DNA of 64,000 nucleotides from Bacteroidales bacterium (GTDB lineage Bacteria; Bacteroidota; Bacteroidia; Bacteroidales; UBA932): NCBI GenBank assembly GCA_017553405.1, contig JAFZME010000118.1, positions 18,250 to 82,249 of the forward strand, read 5' to 3'. Shown piece by piece: positions 58,201 to 64,000 of this stretch (position 1 is its first letter; each line of letters starts with the position of its first letter). The notes under the pieces were generated by a model. It saw only the letters and a program-made list of their open reading frames with translations, ran no database searches and was not told where the DNA came from. The position numbers and the translations under genes were made by a program.

Positions 58201-58567
58201 CGACGACGACGAGCTCGTCGAGGACGTTGCTGCCGCTGTCGAGGACGACGGTGAAGGGCTGGGGCTCATTGCCCGTCAGGGGGAGCTCCTTGTCGTCGAA
58301 GCCGAGGAAGGAGACGGTGATGCTGGCGGGATAGGAGAGGCCCTCCAGCGCAAAGAAGCCGTCGTTGTCCGTCAGGGCATAGATGCCCGACACCTTGTCG
58401 ACGAGAGACGCGCCGACAAGGACTTCGCCGTTGCCGTCGACCACCTTCCCCGTGAAAGACGAAGGACCGCCTTGGGCAAAGAGACCAGCGGGAAGCAGGA
58501 ATAGCAGCAACGAAAATATTGCGCGTCCAAAAAGGCAGGAGTCTGTTTTGCGCACGGTTATCAGCAT
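55223..58567 (-). CDS. susC: SusC/RagA family TonB-dependent transporter, close paralogue of 4080..7415
   Basis: SusC signature; shared blocks such as RPVTNTAMAIQGADPSLVLTTSSGSIDGT and CWSDEPGADNSKAIFPRKRGRIATTSNLV. Confidence 0.95.
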   Translation of the reverse strand: MLITVRKTDSCLFGRAIFSLLLFLLPAGLFAQGGPSSFTGKVVDGNGEVLVGASLVDKVSGIYALTDNDGFFALEGLSYPASITVSFLGFDDKELPLTGNEPQPFTVVLDSGSNVLDELVVVGYGTQKRVNLTGAVSVIDGKELNARPVTNTAMAIQGADPSLVLTTSSGSIDGTNYNVNIRGKLSINSGSPLILVDGIENSLTQVNPNDIESISVLKDASACAIYGAKASAGVVLITTKSGAEGRATISYNGRASLSVNTTSTDFITCGYDYITLTNEFYKTYKGYGAWTYSDEQMQMLYDRRNDKTENPERPWVVPDRTGRYTYVYLGNFDWYDYVFNKVRPETEHNVTVRGGTNRVKYYASARYLYRKGLFAREAQDVYNGVALRGKVDAKIAKWLDYSTNISFERTKYDWGGFWEMDGSTGYVSQGIMWNLTQNAGPNYVPYNPNGTIPVIPGFMADGTSPLMSGRAGAFLDGRNRNTNLNAYLTWTNRLTFNLYEGLKFIADYTYRRRDRRANFRCLPTANGYDNDNKRMYEGNGLKGGLFSNGSIYDFTREYRYYLEGNVVNAYFSYDHTFAKDHHVAATLGANFDDYFSSGLTIQQKGALSDALSYINMANGDIEKAAQSITSYRTLGFFGRVNYDWKGRYLIELSGRFDGSSRFPEGHRWGFFPSFSVGWRLSEEPFWEKVKPYVSSAKIRFSYGTLGNQQVDNYYYWEELKSALLSDYSFDGLGRAPYTYADAPVSSSLTWETVVTSNLGIDLGFLRNRLTFSADFFIRDTKNMLTEAMALPYVYGETAPKENAADLRTKGYELAISWKDNVKVLGRPLYYGITATLGDFVTHITRFNNDEKLLSNNYVGKRLGDIWGYVTDGVFATDEEAAAYEASIESFSTVNKNIQSQAAPYNHLLAGDIKYKDLDGNGRIDTGDNTLNNPGDRRVIGNSRPRYNYAIKGDFSWYGVDVSIFFQGVGKISWMPNGNCIYYWGPYSFHRPSFIPSDFESKCWSDEPGADNSKAIFPRKRGRIATTSNLVISDFYIRNAGYLRLKNLTVGYTLPVKSKVLEKARIYFSGENVFYLSPLRKATKYIDPEVATTSISEDCTYPYSRTFSLGVDITF

Positions 58568-58581
58568 TAGTGGTTCTATGT

Positions 58582-58589
58582 CAAATATA
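58582..58589 (-). promoter_or_regulatory. Candidate -7 promoter element for locus B (TATATTTG)
   Basis: CAAATATA on +; TAnnTTTG on -, 14 nt upstream of the susC ATG; -33 element not evident. Confidence 0.45.
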
Positions 58590-58639
58590 ACTCTTTATCC
58601 TTAAACGCGAAAGAATTTTCCAAAAAATGTCATTAAAAT

Positions 58640-58685
58640 TCAAATTTGACAAAATACAAGGGCTTTTAATCAAAAATTTGATTAA
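58640..58685. promoter_or_regulatory. Two related AT-rich palindromes, candidate ROK operator sites
   Basis: TCAAATTTGA at 58640-58649 and TTAATCAAA-AA-TTTGATTAA at 58666-58685, in the divergent susC/ROK intergenic region. Confidence 0.45.
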
Positions 58686-58713
58686 TTATATGGGATTTTT
58701 ACTCAAGAAATAG

Positions 58714-58721
58714 TATTTTTG
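58714..58721 (+). promoter_or_regulatory. Candidate -7 promoter element for the ROK regulator (TATTTTTG)
   Basis: Matches TAnnTTTG, 22 nt upstream of the ATG at 58744. Confidence 0.45.
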
Positions 58722-58743
58722 CCACGAATAGAAATCACACCCT

Positions 58744-59943
58744 ATGCGCTCCACCGAAACAAACATCCAAAACTGTATCAATGAGCAGATTATGCTCACA
58801 GGTTCCTTCACCCTGAAAGAGATTGCGGACAAGACGGGATTCACCACGACCACCATCGCAAAATACGTCGACGGCCTTATGAAGGAGGGCCGTGTCGAGA
58901 AGCAGGGCAAGGAGGACTCCGGCGGCAGGGGGCGAAAGACCGTCCGCTACGGGATGTCCAAATCAATGACCTATTTCCTGGGAGTCAACATCAGGATGGA
59001 TTCCGTGGGCTTCGGCCTGATGGATCTGACCGGAAAGCTGGTACGCTCCGAACTCGTCAAGGACATCCAGATTGCCAACAACTACTCCACCCTCGAGAAA
59101 ATCTGCGAGTCGGCGCTGGAGTTCATTTCCGGCACCGAAGGCGTCACCATCAACGACGTGACGGCAGCGGGCGTGAACCTCCTCGGCCGCGTCAACAGTT
59201 GGGAGGGCACCAGCGCCACTATGTTCAACATCGAGGACACCATCCACACTCCCCTTGCGGAGCTGATTTCCGAGAAAATCGGCATCCCGGTCTATCTGGA
59301 GAACGAAACCCGCGCTATGACCTACGGCGAATACATCCTGGGCCTGGGCCGGAAATACAGGAACGTCTGCTTCCTCAACGTCGGTATGGGGCTCGGCCTC
59401 GGGCTGATCTTCAACGGGGAGCTGTACTACGGGAAGAACGGATATTCCGGCGAGTTCGGCCATATGCACACCTACAACAACAATATCCTCTGCCACTGCG
59501 GCAAGAAAGGCTGCCTGGAGACCGAGGTCTCCGGAAGGGCCATCATCCGCAAGGTCACCGAGAGGATCCGGAAAGGCGAGCAGTCCATCCTCTCCTCCAA
59601 GGTCAGGGCGGGCAAAGACCTGACTCTGGAGGACATACTCTCGGCTGTCGGAAAGGAAGACTCGCTGACGATGGAGATCGTCGGCACCGTAGGCAAGGAA
59701 CTCGGCCGGACGCTATCGGGGGCCATCAACCTGCTGAACCCCGACATCATCGTCATCGGCGGCCTGCTGTCGCAGATCGACAGTTTCCATTTCCACCATT
59801 ACATCAGCCTGGGCATCCACCAATACGCCCTCAAGCTCCTCAGCAAGGATATCCCCATCGTAAAATCCTCCCTCGGCAGGAATTCTACCATCCTCGGCGC
59901 CTGCCTCATCGCCCGGGAGCGGTCGCTGAAGCGATTCGTGTAA
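58744..59943 (+). CDS. ROK family transcriptional regulator (NagC/XylR-like)
   Basis: N-terminal winged HTH (TLKEIADKTGFTTTTIAKYVDGL..GGRGRK); ENETRA, GYSGEFGHM, CHCGKKGCLET zinc motif. Confidence 0.92.
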   Translation: MRSTETNIQNCINEQIMLTGSFTLKEIADKTGFTTTTIAKYVDGLMKEGRVEKQGKEDSGGRGRKTVRYGMSKSMTYFLGVNIRMDSVGFGLMDLTGKLVRSELVKDIQIANNYSTLEKICESALEFISGTEGVTINDVTAAGVNLLGRVNSWEGTSATMFNIEDTIHTPLAELISEKIGIPVYLENETRAMTYGEYILGLGRKYRNVCFLNVGMGLGLGLIFNGELYYGKNGYSGEFGHMHTYNNNILCHCGKKGCLETEVSGRAIIRKVTERIRKGEQSILSSKVRAGKDLTLEDILSAVGKEDSLTMEIVGTVGKELGRTLSGAINLLNPDIIVIGGLLSQIDSFHFHHYISLGIHQYALKLLSKDIPIVKSSLGRNSTILGACLIARERSLKRFV

Positions 59944-59946
59944 ATA

Positions 59947-59978
59947 TTTGCAGGAGTGGCGAAGACTTTATAAATTTG
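59947..59978 (+). promoter_or_regulatory. Bacteroidetes primary-sigma promoter (TTTG-N20-TAAATTTG)
   Basis: TTTG at 59947-59950 and TAAATTTG at 59971-59978, 20-nt spacer; 24 nt upstream of the small ORF. Confidence 0.7.
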
Positions 59979-60002
59979 TCCGGCATTTACATTCGTAAGC
60001 GT

Positions 60003-60143
60003 ATGATTATTAACTATGTCGCCCCGGCCGTCAGGGTCGCGGCAATTCTTCTTGAAAGGAATTATGTGTATTCGCCCGGAGGGGCGAACCTCAACGGCGA
60101 CAACAACGAGGTGCCGGTCGACGACGGCTCCGAAAACTTTTAA
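60003..60143 (+). CDS. Small 46-aa peptide, YxxP leader + acidic tail (MIINYVAPAVRVAAILLERNYVYSPGGANLNGDNNEVPVDDGSENF)
   Basis: Seen only as the tail of shadow ORF 59199..60143 in the track; has its own promoter and ends 12 nt before the fimbrillin-nuclease ATG. Confidence 0.7.
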   Translation: MIINYVAPAVRVAAILLERNYVYSPGGANLNGDNNEVPVDDGSENF

Positions 60144-60155
60144 AGCGGAGGAGCT

Positions 60156-62393
60156 ATGAAAAGGATTCTCATACCCATCGCGCTTTTGCTCGCTACAGCC
60201 TGCAGCCGTGAAGCAATCCCCGCCGGCAACGCTCCGGAGGGCTACTCCTATACTTTCACCATAGAAGAGGAATCCCGCGCCACCCTGGACGACGGCGGCG
60301 TGCTGTGGGAGGCCGGCGACAGGGTCGGTATGTTCCTCGAAGGATATTCCGGATATGCCAGCATCAAGGCAGACCTGTCCCCCAAGCAGGTGACGCTTTA
60401 CAGCAGGAGCGAAATCCCCGCCGGCTCATACGCCTACGCCTACTATCCCTACAGGTCCGGCAATAACGACAAGACAGCAGCCACCATCACCCTTTCCAAC
60501 AACCAGGACGGCGGCTTCGCGGCGGCAATGCCTATGGCGGGCATCCCGTTCCCGGTACAGGAAACGGTGGAAGTAAGCGGCACTTCAGCCCAGACCAACG
60601 GCGTGATCCGGTTCGTCAACCTGGCCGCCATCATCGACTTCCGCGTCTTCTCCACCAACTCCGCCTTTACCTCTGAGACGGTGAAGTCGGTGACGTTCCG
60701 GGCCAACGGAGTCAACCTCGCCGGCGATGCCGTCCTCGACCTGACGGCACTGTCCACCGGCGAGTTCGACGACAGCGCCCTGGAGCTGTCCTGGAGCAAC
60801 ACGGTCTACGACAATGTAAAGGTAAGCCAGAGTGCCGCGGTGGCCTCGACATCCGAATCGGCAACCGCCATCTATATGGTCGTAGCCCCGGGGACCTACC
60901 CCTCCGGCACCATCACCATCGCCACTGACGCGGCCACCTACACGTTCGAGTACACCGGCAAGTCGCTGGGCCGCAACTCCCTCAAGCACTACAATATGGA
61001 CCTCGCCCACGCCACGACGCGCGAGGCCGGAGTGGTCGAAACCATAATGTCCCTCCCCTACAGCGAAGCCTTCACCTCCAACAGAGGCGAATTCGAGATT
61101 GAGGGCGGCACAGGAAAGGAATGGCAGTTCAGGGCCACTTACGGAGCTACCGTGAGCGCCTACTACAACAGCACCAACCACGCGGTCCAAACCTCAATAA
61201 TCTCGCCTTGGATAGATCTGCGCCAGGTAGACGGTGCCACCCTGTCGTTCGAGCACGCGACAAGCAAGTATCTCTACAACAGCTCCAACTCGTGTGACGA
61301 TGACGCCGCGGTCTATATTATGAAATCAGGCGACAGCGGATGGACTCTCCTGAGCGTACAGTTCCCGGACAAGCCGTCAAGCACCTATTCGCAATTCATC
61401 ACCGTAAGCAAGGACATCTCGGACTATGCCGGCGGAAAGATAAAAGTGAAGTTCGAATACACCTCCACGACCAGCCGCGCTGGCACCTGGGAGATCCGCA
61501 ATTTCAGCTGCGTCGAATCGGAGCCGCCGGTACCGGTTGTTAAACTCGGCTGGCTGGAGCTGCCCTCCTACACCACCTCGGCGATGAACGGCACCACCAC
61601 ATCGTCGTTAAGTGACCTGTATCTCCTGAAGCACTCGGCGCATATGGACGGAATCATCCAGCGCAACTACTCCTGCCTGTACGACCCGGAGATGTACGCC
61701 TCCTACTGGGTTGCATATCCCCTGTGCTCAGACCATCTCGGGAGCGGCCGCACGGAGAGCTGGGGCTATGACCCTGACGTGGCAGAATACAAGCAGACCG
61801 AGGCCTTCCCGTATTCCTACGGTACCGGCGCATCCCACCCGACCGTAAATTTCAGCGACAACTACTACGCCCGCGGTCACCAGATTCCCAATGCCGACCG
61901 TAACGGAGTGAATGAGATGATGGCGCAGACCTACTATATGACCAACATCACGCCGCAGATCCATCACGGCTTCAACGCCGACATCTGGCTGGATCTCGAA
62001 ACGGCGGTGCGCGACCTTCTGTACTCGTCAAGCTGCGACACGGTGTATGTGGTCACCGGAGCGGCCTTCCGCAAGAAGGGCGGCAATGAAACCATCAATT
62101 ATATCGTCAACACCAGATACGACCAGAAGCAGCTGCCCGTGCCCAACTATTACTGGAAGGCCCTGCTCAAGGTTAAATGGAACGGTCTCGAAGTGACCGA
62201 CGCCTCGGCCATCGGCTTCTGGCTGCCCCACGACGATCTTCTGGGCGAGAGCTATGACGACAAGGATAAATACGTCTTCAGCGTGTCCCAGCTCGAGACC
62301 TGGACGGGATTCGACCTGTTCGCGAACCTTCCGGCCGCGCTCCAGAGCACGGCGGAGGCCAACGCCTCGTGGGAAGATTTCCAGGACTTCTGA
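60156..62393 (+). CDS. Lipoprotein: fimbrillin-like domain + beta-sandwich + DNA/RNA non-specific (NucA-type) endonuclease
   Basis: Lipobox ATAC; LWEAGDRVGMF, YAYAYYPY, FVNLAAIIDF; nuclease motifs SYWVAYPL, YARGHQIPNADR, QTYYMTNITPQ..FNADIW, VPNYYWKAL. Confidence 0.85.
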   Translation: MKRILIPIALLLATACSREAIPAGNAPEGYSYTFTIEEESRATLDDGGVLWEAGDRVGMFLEGYSGYASIKADLSPKQVTLYSRSEIPAGSYAYAYYPYRSGNNDKTAATITLSNNQDGGFAAAMPMAGIPFPVQETVEVSGTSAQTNGVIRFVNLAAIIDFRVFSTNSAFTSETVKSVTFRANGVNLAGDAVLDLTALSTGEFDDSALELSWSNTVYDNVKVSQSAAVASTSESATAIYMVVAPGTYPSGTITIATDAATYTFEYTGKSLGRNSLKHYNMDLAHATTREAGVVETIMSLPYSEAFTSNRGEFEIEGGTGKEWQFRATYGATVSAYYNSTNHAVQTSIISPWIDLRQVDGATLSFEHATSKYLYNSSNSCDDDAAVYIMKSGDSGWTLLSVQFPDKPSSTYSQFITVSKDISDYAGGKIKVKFEYTSTTSRAGTWEIRNFSCVESEPPVPVVKLGWLELPSYTTSAMNGTTTSSLSDLYLLKHSAHMDGIIQRNYSCLYDPEMYASYWVAYPLCSDHLGSGRTESWGYDPDVAEYKQTEAFPYSYGTGASHPTVNFSDNYYARGHQIPNADRNGVNEMMAQTYYMTNITPQIHHGFNADIWLDLETAVRDLLYSSSCDTVYVVTGAAFRKKGGNETINYIVNTRYDQKQLPVPNYYWKALLKVKWNGLEVTDASAIGFWLPHDDLLGESYDDKDKYVFSVSQLETWTGFDLFANLPAALQSTAEANASWEDFQDF

Positions 62394-62404
62394 GATGATC
62401 AGTT

Positions 62405-63433
62405 TTATATAGGGAGGGTAGTGAAGGAACTGATCTCCGACTTTAAGCTGCCGAGGGTGGCGAGGATGTAGTATTTCGTGTCGGGATCGAGGCGTAGGAT
62501 TTCTACTTCGAAATCGCGGTTGTAGTTGTCCGGCATCCCCGCCTCGTAAATGCGGTACATCGTCACTTTCTGCGCCGACAGGTAGTCGTTGGCTATCAAA
62601 TAAGGATCGGTTGAATAATACAGTGTCGGAACATCCGAAGAGAACCACGTGCGGACATAAACGGTGGCCGTGGTACTTTTAGGTAAACTACCCCCTATAT
62701 AAAGCCCTTCCTGCGTCGTCACGCTGATGGATTCGGACAAGGTCTTTCCTCCCGTGGTCTTAATTATAGCGGTCAGGGTGTAATTGGCTTTGGGATTGAG
62801 GCCGCCCAGCGCAAAGGTATAGACGCCATCTTCTATGGTGTATATGGAGAACCCGTACATTTGGCCCACGCTGGACTCCATGGCCTCTACAGCGACCGAA
62901 CTGACATCGCCTCCCCCATAACGGAAACTGACGGTCATTGAGGTGGCTTTCACATCGGTCGCAGCCAGGTCCGTAATCTCCGGAGAATGGGTGTTGAAGC
63001 CGCGGACCTCTCCGTAAAGCACCTCCTCCCCAAACTCCACCGCAGTGCAGTAAAAATACAGGCAACTGCTTTTGAGATCCTCCACATCGACGGAGAATTC
63101 GTGCTTTATTTCCGCTTCGGAGAAGGTGAACTGGACCGGTATGACCAGCGCATTTGCGGCGAGCATCTGCTGTGGCGTCGGGAATTGCGCATCGCCCCTG
63201 TCCACGAGCGCTCCTTCCACCAGCAGGAAGTACACACTGGCCGGCGCCTCTATCCCTTCCTTCCAGAAGACGGAGCCGCCAAGTGTTGCTTCGTGCTGCG
63301 TCACGTCCGAGGCCGGCATAGTGGTCACGACGCGGCTTTCATCCGGAAGCGGGGCCTTGTTCCTGCTGCTTTTGGAGCACGACGCGCCAAAAACCAGCAG
63401 AATCAACATCGAAAGATAAAATGTGTGTTTCAT
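62405..63433 (-). CDS. Hypothetical lipoprotein with FN3-like repeats
   Basis: Lipobox GASC; VTTMPASDVTQHEATLGG, YGEVRGFNT, LNPKANYTL, LDPDTKYYI. Confidence 0.7.
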   Translation of the reverse strand: MKHTFYLSMLILLVFGASCSKSSRNKAPLPDESRVVTTMPASDVTQHEATLGGSVFWKEGIEAPASVYFLLVEGALVDRGDAQFPTPQQMLAANALVIPVQFTFSEAEIKHEFSVDVEDLKSSCLYFYCTAVEFGEEVLYGEVRGFNTHSPEITDLAATDVKATSMTVSFRYGGGDVSSVAVEAMESSVGQMYGFSIYTIEDGVYTFALGGLNPKANYTLTAIIKTTGGKTLSESISVTTQEGLYIGGSLPKSTTATVYVRTWFSSDVPTLYYSTDPYLIANDYLSAQKVTMYRIYEAGMPDNYNRDFEVEILRLDPDTKYYILATLGSLKSEISSFTTLPI

Positions 63434-63444
63434 ATCATTATCAT

Positions 63445-63999
63445 TTAGCCGCAGTAAAAATACTGCTCCACGAGCTGCTTCATAAGGCCCGGGTTGGAAC
63501 GGGCGGCGGTGTGGAGGTTGGCGTCGTTGTGGGCGCGGAGGGCCTTCAGGATGCCTTCAATCATACGTGAGCGGAAGACGTCCGCCTCCTCGTAGACCTT
63601 GCGGTCCTTCTGCAGGCAGGCGGCGCTTTCGGCGCAGCAGGTCGGCAGCTGGTGGAGAGTGGCGAGACGCGCGGCGTTCTCGCTGCGGTGGATATCCATA
63701 TCCACGTAGGTCTCCTCCGCTATCCGGAGCGCCTCCTCCGGGGGCATCTCCAGGCCTTTGCGCGCCGCGACGCAGAGCCCGGCCATCAGCTGGTAGATGT
63801 CGGCCGAGCAGTCGGGGCTGCGCATCTCGAAGGTCTGCTTCGCCGTCGTGTCGCGGTCGACGGCCGGCTCGCCGGGATTGGCAATTGCGCACATATTCGT
63901 GCCCGAACTCCAGCCCAGGGGGACGCGCACCAGGGCGCTGCGGTTGCAGTCGCCCCAGCAGACGTTGGTCGGCGCCTCCTGGTGAGGGACGAGGCGGAA
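63445..63999 (-). CDS. glnA: Glutamine synthetase family protein, C-terminal part (gene extends beyond the window)
   Basis: Frame is open to the window edge: FRLVPHQEAPTNVCWGDCNRSALVRVP...KQTFEMRSPDCSADIY, matching GS catalytic-domain motifs. Confidence 0.85.
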   Translation of the reverse strand, partial: FRLVPHQEAPTNVCWGDCNRSALVRVPLGWSSGTNMCAIANPGEPAVDRDTTAKQTFEMRSPDCSADIYQLMAGLCVAARKGLEMPPEEALRIAEETYVDMDIHRSENAARLATLHQLPTCCAESAACLQKDRKVYEEADVFRSRMIEGILKALRAHNDANLHTAARSNPGLMKQLVEQYFYCG

Positions 64000-64000
64000 G

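Noticed and set aside
56570-58504. Long antisense ORFs (e.g. 56570..58504 +, 27027..28388 +, 39955..41427 +, 50511..51896 +, 5820..7037 -, 893..2167 -)
   Set aside because: Shadow frames caused by strong G/C third-position bias of the real genes on the opposite strand; Val/Asp/Ala/Gly-rich, with no motifs or signal peptides.
4080-58567. Invertase-driven susC/D shufflon or mobile element
   Set aside because: No tyrosine/serine recombinase, transposase, att-like or short inverted recombination sites were seen; only long paralogous homology.
59199-60143. 314-aa ORF overlapping the ROK gene
   Set aside because: An Arg/Pro-rich alternative frame of the ROK gene; only its last 46 codons (60003..60143) look like a real gene.
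1-64000. CRISPR arrays, tRNA/rRNA genes, riboswitches, intrinsic terminators
   Set aside because: Intergenic gaps are tiny; I saw no regularly spaced repeats, cloverleaf-like sequence or GC hairpin followed by a U-tract.

Overview
64 kb of gene-dense Bacteroidales-type DNA (GC roughly 55-60% by eye, strong G/C third-position bias, Bacteroidetes TAnnTTTG promoters, many SpII lipoproteins). It holds a supercluster of two facing susC/susD utilisation loci. Locus A is on + (<1-26597). Locus B is on - (58567 to 29487, 18 tightly packed genes) and sits next to a divergent ROK regulator. The three SusC/SusD pairs include one closely related pair duplicated in inverted orientation. I recognised no glycoside hydrolase or polysaccharide lyase. 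The cargo is instead phosphoester/ester hydrolases (3 phosphodiester-glycosidase/NAGPA domains, 3 histidine acid phosphatases, an EEP hydrolase, an MBL hydrolase, 4 SGNH/DUF4886 domains) and modular BACON/fimbrillin-like/beta-helix lipoproteins. Locus B also carries a sugar module: FucP-type MFS, GmhA-like SIS isomerase, HAD phosphatase, two deoxyhypusine-synthase-like proteins and an HldE-like kinase. Best candidates for undescribed biology: (i) a GH-free locus for phosphodiester-linked microbial glycans with a possible heptose-salvage pathway; (ii) three unannotated 41-53 aa YxxP/acidic-tail peptides, each directly upstream of a fimbrillin-like gene. The DNA also appears to avoid CATG strongly. 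The remainder is galM, a nucleoside hydrolase, a fimbrillin-nuclease fusion and a partial glutamine synthetase. I saw no rRNA, tRNA, CRISPR array, integrase or transposase. All family assignments come from motif recognition by eye, not database searches.
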